From positions 1 to 44,986 of the forward strand of contig CANQAA010000003.1 of the NCBI GenBank assembly GCA_947589395.1: a stretch of DNA of 44,986 nt. Direction: 5' to 3'. Position 1 is the first letter of the stretch. Each line of letters opens with the position of its first letter. Source of the stretch: an uncultured Clostridia bacterium (GTDB taxonomy: Bacteria > Bacillota > Clostridia > Christensenellales > CAG-917). Positions 6,865-16,236 of this stretch are shown piece by piece. Below the pieces are notes generated by a model. The model was not told where the DNA came from and searched no databases. It worked only from the letters and a program-made list of their open reading frames with translations. The position numbers were made by a program, and so were the translations under genes.

Positions 6865-8928
6865 TTACTTGTTGATTTGCATAGCCGTCTCGTACGCGCC
6901 CCAGATGACGGATCTCAAATTGCCGACGCTCTTGCAATCGCCCACGAGATAGACGTTTTTGCCGCTTTCGACGACGGGCGCGGGGACGTAACCTGCGGAA
7001 CTTATCACGCTGTCGCAGGCGATCTCGACCGTCTTGCCGTCCTTGTCCTTGCAAACGACCGAGCCGTCCTTGACCTCCAAAAGCGATGTCTCGAGATACA
7101 CGGGGACTTTGTGAAGCTCAAACCACTCCCTGAGATAAGAGCTGTTTGCAAGGCAGACGCCCTTTTGCGCGATGAGGTCGTTTTTCATTTCCACAATGAC
7201 GGGTTTTTTGCCCATGAGCGCGAGTTCATAGGCTATCTCGCACCCCGTGAGGCCGCCGCCGACGATGACCACTCTCTCGCCGATCTCGGATTTGTTGTTC
7301 AAAAAGTCGCACGCTTCGATCATCTTTTCGTGACCGGGAACGCTCTTCAAAATTCTCGGCACGGCGCCTGTTGCGACGACCACGTCCTTGCCCGCAAATT
7401 GGGATATGTCTTTGATTTCGGCGTTGAGATGCACCTCTATATCCAACTTTTGCATTTGCGAGATATACCACTTGAGCAACGCCCTCAACTTGCCCTTGTA
7501 GCTCTCCGCGCTCGCGGGGATGAACGTGCCGCCAAGCTCGCCGCTCTTTTCATATATGACGGGATTGTTGCCCTGCAACTTCAACACTCTTGCCGTCTCC
7601 ATGCCGCCGATGCCGCCGCCGATGATGGCAACTGTTTTTGGCGATGAGGTCTTGTCTATGTGGTGCTTGTTCCATTGCATCATCTCCGCGTTTACCGCGC
7701 AGCGAGCGAGATGAAGGCTGTCGCTGAGGTCCTGATCGTTTGGCACGCCCTTGTAGTGGCACATATTGAAGCAGCCGTTGTGGCACAAAATGCAGGGACG
7801 GATGTCGTCCTCCCTCTCCTCGATGAGCTTTGTGACCCACTCAGGATCGGCAAGAAATTGTCTTGCAAAGCCCGCGCCGTCCAACTTGCCCGCCGCGATC
7901 TCCCCTGCGGCGACGGCGGGATCGAGCCTGCCCGCGCACACGACGGGAATGTTGCAGAAGTTTTTGATGTGCTCAACGTCCTCGAGATTGCAATTTTCCG
8001 GCATGTAAATGGGCGGATGCGACCAATACCACGCGTCATAAGTGCCGTTGTCGCAGTTGAGCATGTCGTAGCCCGCCTCCTCGAGCAGCTTGACCGCCTG
8101 TTCGCTCTCCTCCATATCGCGCCCGACCTCTTTGAACTCCTCGCCGGGCAAAGCGCCCTCTCTGAAGCCTTTGGTCTTTGAAACCACGCTGTATCTCAGC
8201 GACACCGGGAAGTCCTTGCCGCACTCGGCTTTTATCGCCTTGACGATGTCCGTTGCAAACCTATATCTGTTTTCGAGCGAGCCGCCGTATTCGTCCTTGC
8301 GCTTGTTGACGTACTTGAGGGTGAATTGATCAAGCAGATACCCCTCATGCACCGCGTGGATTTCAACGCCGTCCACGCCCGCGTCCTTGAGCTTTTTCGC
8401 GCACTTGGCAAACGCCTCGACAAACTCCTTGATCTCCGGCACGGTCATCTCTCTCGACGGCACTTTGTCCGACCAACGATTGGGTGAGGCGGAAGCGGAA
8501 GCAGTGATCTTGTCAAGGTCCATGACCGGCTTTGCGAGCGCCCTGAGCACGGGATTGACGTAGAGCTTTTCCATCATCTCGGAAATGGTGAACGACCTGC
8601 CAAAGCCCGCCGTCAGTTGCACGAAGAGCTTTGCGCCCGTCTTGTGAAACTCGGGCGTCCACTCGGCAAGTTTTTGATACATCTTATCGTTTTTGAAAAG
8701 CCACTGCCCAAACATCGGGTTGTAAACGGGCTGGCAGCCGGGAAGCACAAGTCCCGCATTGTTTTTTGCGACTTCGAGTATAAAGCGCGCGCCCGCCTCG
8801 TCAAAATGGTTTTTCTCCATCCACCCCAAAAGGTTCGTGCCGCCCATAGAGGTCAACACTATGCGGTTTTTGATCTCGCAATTGCCGATTTTCCAAGCGG
8901 TGAACAGCGGTTCGTAAACTTTTTTCAT
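6865..8928 (-). CDS. NADH:flavin oxidoreductase (Old Yellow Enzyme barrel + 4Fe-4S + FAD/NAD domains), 2-enoate reductase-like
   Basis: EIHAVHEGYLLDQF, NKRKDEYGGSLENR, CILCHNGC cluster motif, GGGIGG and GGGLTG Rossmann motifs; start reassigned to ATG 8928 with GGAGG RBS. Confidence 0.9.
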   Translation of the reverse strand: MKKVYEPLFTAWKIGNCEIKNRIVLTSMGGTNLLGWMEKNHFDEAGARFILEVAKNNAGLVLPGCQPVYNPMFGQWLFKNDKMYQKLAEWTPEFHKTGAKLFVQLTAGFGRSFTISEMMEKLYVNPVLRALAKPVMDLDKITASASASPNRWSDKVPSREMTVPEIKEFVEAFAKCAKKLKDAGVDGVEIHAVHEGYLLDQFTLKYVNKRKDEYGGSLENRYRFATDIVKAIKAECGKDFPVSLRYSVVSKTKGFREGALPGEEFKEVGRDMEESEQAVKLLEEAGYDMLNCDNGTYDAWYWSHPPIYMPENCNLEDVEHIKNFCNIPVVCAGRLDPAVAAGEIAAGKLDGAGFARQFLADPEWVTKLIEEREDDIRPCILCHNGCFNMCHYKGVPNDQDLSDSLHLARCAVNAEMMQWNKHHIDKTSSPKTVAIIGGGIGGMETARVLKLQGNNPVIYEKSGELGGTFIPASAESYKGKLRALLKWYISQMQKLDIEVHLNAEIKDISQFAGKDVVVATGAVPRILKSVPGHEKMIEACDFLNNKSEIGERVVIVGGGLTGCEIAYELALMGKKPVIVEMKNDLIAQKGVCLANSSYLREWFELHKVPVYLETSLLEVKDGSVVCKDKDGKTVEIACDSVISSAGYVPAPVVESGKNVYLVGDCKSVGNLRSVIWGAYETAMQINK

Positions 8929-8957
8929 ATATTCCTCCCTAATCTCAAATCGCAATT

Positions 8958-8986
8958 ATTATAACATTCCAAAAACGATAAGTAAA
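8958..8986 (-). promoter_or_regulatory. Sigma-A promoter of the oxidoreductase
   Basis: TTTACT-17 bp-TATAAT with TG extension. Confidence 0.55.
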
Positions 8987-9041
8987 TACGCAAATTTCAA
9001 TTTTTTCCTCTGTTTTGCCATAATATTTCAAACGAGCGAAC

Positions 9042-9297
9042 GCAAAATTTCGGTTATCTAATGCTGTGGTTTTCAAAAGATGCGACAAAGGTTCATCTTC
9101 TTTTTCAAAAGGGATTCAGTCACAAATTGAACGACAGTCCGACTTGGTTTGTGAAGACATCTTAAGTAGGCGTTATTCATATTCCTTTTTCTTTCCTTTT
9201 GAAATTTTCCTTTCTTTTTTAATATAAGATATAATATAATTCTCGCTCAATGTTTGCAAAATTTCGGCTATCTAAACGGGCAGTTTTCAAAAGTTGC
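9042..9297 (+). repeat. Two copies of a ~40-bp bipartite direct repeat, 214 bp apart
   Basis: GCAAAATTTCGGYTATCTAA-N7-GTTTTCAAAAG-N-TGC starting at 9042 and 9256. Confidence 0.7.
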
Positions 9298-9392
9298 CGC
9301 ACGCTTTTTCACTCCTCTCATATGCGCGCAAGAAAAATCAAAAAAACCTTGTGCAATTTGAAAATTTGCGGTAAAATTTTGTCGGAGGGCTT

Positions 9393-9815
9393 ATGTACAC
9401 CGACCTGAACGAGTTTTTGAAAGCCAACAAAAAAGAGGACAAGCAAATTTACGCGTTCGTGCGCGTAAAGTTTTCTTTGAACGGCTACGGCTATTGCTAT
9501 CTGACGGACTCCGACGCGAACGCGGGCGATTTTGCCCTCATCAAGGTGGAAAACGGCTTCAAGATCACCGTCGTCACGGAAGTCATCTACGCCACTCAAA
9601 GCGAAGCGCCGTACGACTTTGCAAAGATAAGCAAAGTGGAAAAGATCGTCCCCTACGGCGCTCCCGCGCACAAAAAACTCCTCGCCCTGCTCTTCAAGGA
9701 CGGCAACTTTTTGAGATCCCTTCCCGACGACCTCGCGAGCCCTGCGTCAAACGTCCCCGACGACGAAGGCGAGGACTTCGACGAGGACTTTGACCCCGAA
9801 TCTTTTGAAGAATGA
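9393..9815 (+). CDS. Hypothetical protein, small beta-rich domain with an acidic tail
   Basis: GGAGG RBS, promoter TTGTGC-17 bp-TAAAAT (9349-9377), host-like codon use, downstream terminator. Confidence 0.75.
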   Translation: MYTDLNEFLKANKKEDKQIYAFVRVKFSLNGYGYCYLTDSDANAGDFALIKVENGFKITVVTEVIYATQSEAPYDFAKISKVEKIVPYGAPAHKKLLALLFKDGNFLRSLPDDLASPASNVPDDEGEDFDEDFDPESFEE

Positions 9816-9836
9816 TCTTTCAGATCGCCCAAAACC

Positions 9837-9877
9837 TCACTCGCCTATCTACTTAAAAGAGCGGCGAGTGATTTTTT
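9837..9877 (+). terminator. Intrinsic terminator
   Basis: TCACTCGCC...GGCGAGTGA followed by T6. Confidence 0.55.
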
Positions 9878-10043
9878 AATTTAGCTCCGCTCCTGCTTAC
9901 GTCAAGCAGGTATCTCGTCAAAGCACGCCTTTAGATCGCTTGACCATGCACTTTTTCCAGAAACTCTCGTTTTCAAGCGAGCTTGTTTGAGTCAAAACGC
10001 TTGTCTTTCAATGCGCTTCGCTTCCCTATTGAGCCTCACTGCG

Positions 10044-10169
10044 TTTGCCGTTATCGGCAAAAATCACTTGATTTTAACTTAATATTGCACATATTTTTGC
10101 CGTTATCGGCAAATATTATCATTTTTATCGGTATATATCGTTGCGTTTTTGCCGATAATGTGATATACT
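10044..10169 (+). promoter_or_regulatory. Promoter with repeated palindromic operators upstream of the HTH-Fic gene
   Basis: TTTGCCGTTATCGGCAAA at 10044-10061 and 10096-10113; partial copy TTTGCCGATAA at 10148-10158 inside TTGCGT-17 bp-TATACT (10141-10169). Confidence 0.7.
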
Positions 10170-10184
10170 ATGTCAGGGTGAAAT

Positions 10185-11054
10185 ATGAACTATATATCCG
10201 TAGCCGAAGCGGCAAAAAAATGGAATATCTCCGAGAGGAGCGTGCGAAACTACTGCGCTCAGGGCAGGATCGAGGGCGCTTTTGTCACGGGCAAGACCTG
10301 GAACGTCCCCGCCGACGCGCAAAAGCCCTTGAGGGCAACGGCAGACCTTCTTGACGTCCTCACGCACGAGATGCAAGCTAAGATTGCGGGCGGGATCTAC
10401 CACAAGGTGCAAATCGAGCTCACCTACAACTCCAATCACATCGAGGGCAGCAAGCTCACGCAAGACGAGACGCGCTGCATCTTCGAGACCAACACCGTCG
10501 GCTTGAACGGCGCGGTCAGGGTGGACGACGTGGTGGAGACGGCAAATCACTTCAAATGCGTGGATCTGATCCTTCAGAACGCCAAAAAACCGCTCACGGA
10601 AGCCTTCGTCAAGACCTTGCATCTGTCCTTGAAAAACGGCACTACGGACTCCCGCGAGGGTTGGTTTAACGTCGGCGAGTATAAAAAACTTCCAAACACC
10701 GTCGGCGGGCGCGAGACCGCAAGCCCACAAGAGGTCGGGGACAAAATGCGAAACCTCCTCGCCTCCTACAACGCGCAAAAGGTCAAAACGTTTGAGGATG
10801 TCGTCGCCTTTCATTGGAACTTCGAGCGCATACATCCCTTTCAGGACGGCAACGGCAGGATAGGACGCCTTTTGCTCTTCAAGGAGTGTCTGAAGCATGG
10901 CGTCGTGCCTTTCATCATCGACGAGGAGCTGAAACTCTATTACTATCGCGGGCTCAAGGAGTGGGAAAACGACCGCGCCTACCTTCTCGACACCTGCCTC
11001 GCCGCTCAGGACAAGTTCAAAACCTGGCTGGACTATTTCAAAATAAAATATTGA
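10185..11054 (+). CDS. Fic-domain protein with an N-terminal excisionase-like HTH
   Basis: Canonical Fic motif HPFQDGNGRIGR; inhibitory motif SNHIEG; N-terminal SVAEAAKKWNISERSVRNYC...GKTWNVP. Confidence 0.92.
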   Translation: MNYISVAEAAKKWNISERSVRNYCAQGRIEGAFVTGKTWNVPADAQKPLRATADLLDVLTHEMQAKIAGGIYHKVQIELTYNSNHIEGSKLTQDETRCIFETNTVGLNGAVRVDDVVETANHFKCVDLILQNAKKPLTEAFVKTLHLSLKNGTTDSREGWFNVGEYKKLPNTVGGRETASPQEVGDKMRNLLASYNAQKVKTFEDVVAFHWNFERIHPFQDGNGRIGRLLLFKECLKHGVVPFIIDEELKLYYYRGLKEWENDRAYLLDTCLAAQDKFKTWLDYFKIKY

Positions 11055-11092
11055 TCTATCCATTTAGAATGCTTTTTTGAAAAGTTTGTAAG

Positions 11093-11122
11093 AAAAATCC
11101 ACTCGGGTCGGGTGGATTTTTT
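11093..11122. terminator. Bidirectional intrinsic terminator
   Basis: AAAAATCCACTCG-GGT-CGGGTGGATTTTTT. Confidence 0.8.
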
Positions 11123-11153
11123 GATGTGGAATTTTTTGAGATATGGGCGGATA

Positions 11154-12992
11154 TCAGAGGAACATGAGGAGCATGATTACGACGGCTATGCCCATCACGC
11201 CGCTCTCGCGCACGCTTTGCATGAGGGATTGCGCCTCATCTTCGGTCATCTCGCCCTCGAAGATCGGCTGTTTTGCAAACTCCTCGAGTTTTGTGCCTTC
11301 CCCACCGTAATAGTCCTCGATGAACAAGTTGATGTCCCTGACGGAGAGGTCGAGATAGCTTGTCATCATGCTTCTGACCGCGTCGTTGCCCCTGTTGATG
11401 TAGTCCTCATACCACGCCTCGAGCAAGGTCTTGTTGTTGTCGTCCGGGCAGGGGAAGGAATAGTTGTACTCCGTGACGGCGTACTTGCCCTCCACGCCGA
11501 ATGTTTCAAACGAGCATCTGTCAAAGGCGGAATACAGCTGATAGAAGGTTATCTGCCCTTGATTGAACTCGTAGTACGCCTGCTTGAACTTTTCAAACCG
11601 CGAGGGATAGCCGAGCATGCTCGCGATCTTCATGAGCTTGTTCACGCCGTTCTGCCCGTAGCCCCAGACCTCAGGATGCACGGCTCGCACGTCCTCGTCG
11701 CTGAGCTCTGCGCTCGAGAGCATTTTCGAGAGGTTGAGGGTGAGAGCGAGGGCATACATCGGCACTGCCCTTTGCTCGTCCAGCCTGCCGTCATGTAGCG
11801 CAGAGCTTTTTGCGTCGTCGAAGATTTGCTTTAGGGACGCGGCGTCGTAGCGCTGTGCGACTTTCACGATCGCCCTTGACGAGAGTATCAGCACGTTGAT
11901 GAGCTTTGTTGTGTCGTCGCCCGCAAATGACAGCTTGAGGTCGTCGAAGAAGCCCTCGTCGGTCGTTATCTCGCCCGCGTAAGTGATGACGTCGCAAATT
12001 GTGGGAATGAGCTCAACGACCATGTTGGCGTATTTTGCGTACGAGACGATCTGCGCGTAAAGAGCGGAATTGATCACGTTCACGTCAAACGCGTCGATGA
12101 TGCGGGCAAGCGCGTTCGAAAGTTTTTTTGTGTTCTCCCCCTCGACGGCGCTCTTTAGCTCCGACACGTTGGACAAGAGCGCCCGAACTATCGTCGAAAG
12201 CTCGCCGTCCGAGATGTTTTGCAGCGCTCCCGCACCGTTTTCAGAGCCGAATATGGCGCTGTTGAGCTCGTCCGTGATGAGGTCAAGCGACATGTTGTAC
12301 GCAAACGCGACCACAGCCTCAAAAGCCCCGCGAGCCTCCTTGAAGGCGTCCAAAGTTTGCTGTTTTTTTGTGGGAGTCAGCGAAAATCTGATGAGGGTGA
12401 GCGCGGAATTGACGGACGCGCGCGACGCGTTGAGACTGTCCTTTGCCTCAAGCGAGACGTTTTTGTCGTTGATCAAAAGCTGAAGCCGCCTGAACATCGC
12501 GTCCAGCGTCTCCTCCCCCTTGTCCACTACGGCGACGAGCAAGTCGTACACCAAGTTCGAAACGTCGCTTTGCGTGAAGCCGACGCTCCTTAGCAGCGGA
12601 ATAAGCAGCTCCGCGTTCTCGGAAAAATTGTCAAAGAGCTTGTCCGCGTCTTGAGAATTGAACGCGTTGCCGAGCGCCTCGAGCTTTGCCGTTTGAAGGG
12701 AGGAATCCTTGACGACTTTCAAAATGAGCTCCGCCCAACCGCTGCTCACGACGTACTCGCCCGCGCTGTCCATGTTGAGAAGCTCCCCGTCGCTCATCTC
12801 GCCCGTCCAGTCCTCGTTGAACTTTGAAAGCACGACGTCGCGAATGGAGTTGACGGCGATCGTGCGCCGCGAGACGTCCTCATCCCGCTTGTCGTTGCAC
12901 GCCACAAGCGAGATAGCCGCGATCGCAACTATCAGCGCGACCAAAACCAAAATCAAAATCCGTTTGCCTTTCACTTTCATCTTTTTATCCAT
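11154..12992 (-). CDS. Hypothetical alpha-helical lipoprotein with a hydrophobic C-terminus
   Basis: Basic N-terminus, hydrophobic stretch, lipobox LVAC; ends GVMGIAVVIMLLMFL; 4 bp downstream of the permease. Confidence 0.8.
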   Translation of the reverse strand: MDKKMKVKGKRILILVLVALIVAIAAISLVACNDKRDEDVSRRTIAVNSIRDVVLSKFNEDWTGEMSDGELLNMDSAGEYVVSSGWAELILKVVKDSSLQTAKLEALGNAFNSQDADKLFDNFSENAELLIPLLRSVGFTQSDVSNLVYDLLVAVVDKGEETLDAMFRRLQLLINDKNVSLEAKDSLNASRASVNSALTLIRFSLTPTKKQQTLDAFKEARGAFEAVVAFAYNMSLDLITDELNSAIFGSENGAGALQNISDGELSTIVRALLSNVSELKSAVEGENTKKLSNALARIIDAFDVNVINSALYAQIVSYAKYANMVVELIPTICDVITYAGEITTDEGFFDDLKLSFAGDDTTKLINVLILSSRAIVKVAQRYDAASLKQIFDDAKSSALHDGRLDEQRAVPMYALALTLNLSKMLSSAELSDEDVRAVHPEVWGYGQNGVNKLMKIASMLGYPSRFEKFKQAYYEFNQGQITFYQLYSAFDRCSFETFGVEGKYAVTEYNYSFPCPDDNNKTLLEAWYEDYINRGNDAVRSMMTSYLDLSVRDINLFIEDYYGGEGTKLEEFAKQPIFEGEMTEDEAQSLMQSVRESGVMGIAVVIMLLMFL

Positions 12993-12996
12993 ACAA

Positions 12997-15435
12997 CTAT
13001 AATTTTTTTATGCTGTAGCCCCTCTTGAAGCGCATGACGAGCGGGACGATGGAAAATAGCGCCGCCATAACCGCGCCCACCGCGACGGTCACCCAAATCT
13101 CATACATATAGCCAAAATACAGCCCGAAGAGCCTGAGAGCAACGATGAGACAATATGTGAGAGGCGCGCTCGCGATCAGCGCTACCGAAAACGCCGCAAA
13201 CGAAACGATGATATGCTCCGCTATCTCCTCTTTCAGTAACGCGTTTTTTGACATGCCGGCGTTGAGCAAGGCGTTTCTTCTCTTTTCTTCCGTCCCTCTT
13301 CCAACGAGGGTCGCCGCCACCGTGATGACGAGTATGAACAGCGCGACCACCGCCGCATACGTCCCCACGAGGTCGAACACGGACTGCGTCGACTGCATCT
13401 CCCACTTGTAGGCGTCAAGCGTTTTTATCACATAAAAGTTGCGGGAGGCGAACTTCGAGCGAAGGGCGTTTGAAATTTCGTCTATGTCCCCTTTCACGCT
13501 CAAAACGACCGTGTCGGGCTTCACGCCCAACGTCTTTTCAAGCGCGACTTCGGATATGACGATATATTGCCCGTTGAACAGCCTGTGGCTCAAAATTCCG
13601 CCGACTTTAACGCGCTTCGTCTCGTTTTGCAAAGTCAGTTCTATCTCGTCGCCCTCATTGACGCCGTAGAGCTTTGAAAACGCCATATCAGCAAAAACGT
13701 AAGGTTCATCGGACGAAATGCGCTGATAAACCGTCTCTTTTGAAGTTACAAATTCAAAGTCCACAAGCTCGAGCGCGTCCTTTGAGCCGAGCACGTTGAC
13801 GGTTTTGTCAAATCCGTCGCCCTTTAGTTTCCCCTGTTGCCAGACGATCTTCGCCGCAAGCTCGACGCCGTCGAACTCCTTGAACTCGTCCACGTTCGTG
13901 CTCGCCTGAACGTTGTTGACAAAGATCATGTTGCTGAAGTCGTCGACGTAGGACGAGAAGATGCTCGTTGTCAGCGACCATGCCATGAACAGCAACATGC
14001 AAACCGTCATGCCGACGGCAAGCAGCGTCGCCGAGCGCGCGTGGCGCTTTATCCTCGTCACGCTCGCGCATGAGATAACTCCTATTTTGCCCGTCCGCTT
14101 TGCCACGTTGCCAAAGAGCTTCATGACGGGCGACGCAAAAAGTCCCACCGAGACGAGAAGCGCGGCAAGTCCCGCAACTCCCAATATTGCCTGCGCCGTG
14201 ACGGAAATATCACCAAAGGCGCTCACGGCGAGCAAGACGACGTCGCAAATCGCCATGACGGCGCATGCGATGTATGAAGATTTGGAGGGCTTTTCCCCTC
14301 CCAATTGGTTGCTGCGTATGCTGCCGCCAAGCGCCCCGACGATTGGCAAAAGCGAGCTCGCCACCGCCGCGACAAGCCCGATGAGCGCGGCAACAAACAG
14401 CAATATCAACGGGATCTTATAACTCACGACGCTTGACAACGTGACCTTCAAAATGAGGGTGAACGCGCCCGCCGCAAGTCCGAGACCTATGAGCGCTCCC
14501 GCCGTAGACAAGAGAAGGCTCTCCGTCAAAAAGATGAACACAAGTTGCTTTTTTGTCGCGCCGATCATTCTCAACTTCGAGATGAGAGCCACCTTCTCGG
14601 GCTCGCTCATGAAGAACAAGAGGAAGATGATCGCCAAACTCAGCACGAGCACCGCCGCGCCCGCAAGCACGATGGGGGCGGTCAGCGAGTCGACCTCGTT
14701 TGAGATGTAGCCGTCGTCGCCCGCGAGTCGCACGAGCATGTCGGAATATATTTCGGATATCTTGTCGAGGGCGAGGAGTTTGTCCACTCCGGGCTTTAAT
14801 TTGACGTAAATTTCGTTGCAGACGTCCCTGAGTCCCACGCTTGAGAGCAGCCTCGCCACGCCGTCCGTGATATGTCCCACAAAAAGATAGGGCGCGTCGC
14901 TCAAAAAGTAGCCGTCGCCCTTTGCCACTCCGCCTATGATCAGGGGCGCGGAATTTGCGCCGAGCGTGAGCTCCACCCTGTCGCCGGGCTTGAGTCCGAA
15001 GTGCTTTGCGGCGGACGTCGAGATGACGACGTCGTCCTCGCGAAGATCACCCACGCTTGAGACCCCCTCCCTGAAGGAGACTATGTCCAGCTTTTGCAAG
15101 TCCTCGATATGCCCTTTTTCAAACCCGCGCACGCGGACGTATTCGTCGTTGTACGTCGCATAAAGCGACAGCGACGCCGTCATGCGCTCTATCTCGTCCA
15201 TTTCGTACAGCGGCTCGGCGACTGAGGTTATCCTGTCCGACGAGGAGTTCACCCCGACAAGGATGTCGCTCTCGCCCGATATTGCCGTTTCCGATGAAAA
15301 AATGTAGTCGTAGATCGCGCCCTTCATAGAGAGCATACAAAAGATCATCGCAACGGCGACCGCAATGGCAAGCGCCGTAGCCACCGCCCTGAAGGGCCTG
15401 TAGACTATGTTTTTTAGCGCAAGTCTGAAAGTCAT
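12997..15435 (-). CDS. ABC transporter permease, FtsX/MacB family (two MacB_PCD + FtsX units)
   Basis: N-terminal ALKNI..RPFR TM, two extracellular domains, LRMIGATKKQL and LLNAGMSK FtsX-type motifs. Confidence 0.88.
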   Translation of the reverse strand: MTFRLALKNIVYRPFRAVATALAIAVAVAMIFCMLSMKGAIYDYIFSSETAISGESDILVGVNSSSDRITSVAEPLYEMDEIERMTASLSLYATYNDEYVRVRGFEKGHIEDLQKLDIVSFREGVSSVGDLREDDVVISTSAAKHFGLKPGDRVELTLGANSAPLIIGGVAKGDGYFLSDAPYLFVGHITDGVARLLSSVGLRDVCNEIYVKLKPGVDKLLALDKISEIYSDMLVRLAGDDGYISNEVDSLTAPIVLAGAAVLVLSLAIIFLLFFMSEPEKVALISKLRMIGATKKQLVFIFLTESLLLSTAGALIGLGLAAGAFTLILKVTLSSVVSYKIPLILLFVAALIGLVAAVASSLLPIVGALGGSIRSNQLGGEKPSKSSYIACAVMAICDVVLLAVSAFGDISVTAQAILGVAGLAALLVSVGLFASPVMKLFGNVAKRTGKIGVISCASVTRIKRHARSATLLAVGMTVCMLLFMAWSLTTSIFSSYVDDFSNMIFVNNVQASTNVDEFKEFDGVELAAKIVWQQGKLKGDGFDKTVNVLGSKDALELVDFEFVTSKETVYQRISSDEPYVFADMAFSKLYGVNEGDEIELTLQNETKRVKVGGILSHRLFNGQYIVISEVALEKTLGVKPDTVVLSVKGDIDEISNALRSKFASRNFYVIKTLDAYKWEMQSTQSVFDLVGTYAAVVALFILVITVAATLVGRGTEEKRRNALLNAGMSKNALLKEEIAEHIIVSFAAFSVALIASAPLTYCLIVALRLFGLYFGYMYEIWVTVAVGAVMAALFSIVPLVMRFKRGYSIKKL

Positions 15436-15436
15436 A

Positions 15437-16108
15437 TCAGATGATTTTGCCGTCCTCCATTCTCACGATCCTATCTGCATAAGCCGCGTGCGCTTCGGAG
15501 TGCGTGACCATGATGAGAGCGACATTCGTGCGCTTGTTGATGTCGATCAAAAGTTCCATGACTTGTCTGCCCCGCTCCTTGTCGAGACTGCCCGTCGGCT
15601 CGTCGAGGAAGATGACCTTCGGCGATGTCGCAAGCGCGCGGGCGATCGCGCAACGCTGTTGCTCGCCACCGCTTAGCTGACGAGGATAACTTGAAAGTCG
15701 CTCGCCAAGCCCGAGATATTCGAGAATTTCAAGCAACTTGTCTTTGATCTCGCCCTCCTTTTTTCCGTCCAACAGGAGAGGCAGGGAGACGTTTTCGTAC
15801 ACAGTCAGGTTTGGGACGAGATTGTCAAATTGATACACAAACGAAAAGTCCCGCCTGCGCATTGCGGCAAGTCGCTCGTCAGAGAGAGTCAAAAGGCTCT
15901 CGCCAAGCAGTTTGACGTCGCCCTCGTCGGGCTTGTCTATGCCCGCGAGAATATAAAGAAGGGTGGATTTGCCCGATCCCGATTCGCCGAGAATGGCCAC
16001 AAACTCCCCCTCGTCCACGCAAAAATCCACGCCGCGCAACACTTGCGTTTGAACGTCGCCGCTCAAAAAGCTCTTTTTGACGTTTTGGGCTGTCAACACG
16101 TTTTTCAT
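15437..16108 (-). CDS. ABC transporter ATP-binding protein, LolD/MacB family
   Basis: Walker A GESGSGKST, signature LSGGEQQR, Walker B IFLDEPTG, VTH; promoter TTGTTA-17 bp-TATAAT at 16164-16136. Confidence 0.95.
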   Translation of the reverse strand: MKNVLTAQNVKKSFLSGDVQTQVLRGVDFCVDEGEFVAILGESGSGKSTLLYILAGIDKPDEGDVKLLGESLLTLSDERLAAMRRRDFSFVYQFDNLVPNLTVYENVSLPLLLDGKKEGEIKDKLLEILEYLGLGERLSSYPRQLSGGEQQRCAIARALATSPKVIFLDEPTGSLDKERGRQVMELLIDINKRTNVALIMVTHSEAHAAYADRIVRMEDGKII

Positions 16109-16200
16109 AACCGCCTCGTCCTCTTTATTAAAAAAATTATATCATATACGTTTCAATTTAACAACAGGAAAAAAATCCGCCCTCAAAATTAATGTATTTG

Positions 16201-16230
16201 TTGAAAAGACTTGGCAAGTTATGCTATACT
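16201..16230 (+). promoter_or_regulatory. Sigma-A promoter of queH (probably leaderless transcript)
   Basis: TTGAAA-18 bp-TATACT with TG extension; ATG 6 nt after the -10, no SD. Confidence 0.55.
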
Positions 16231-16236
16231 CATTTT

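Noticed and set aside
6865-8928. Assignment as bilR, baiCD or baiH
   Set aside because: No HGDR motif and no bai operon context; the active-site motif fits enoate reductases, so no symbol was given.
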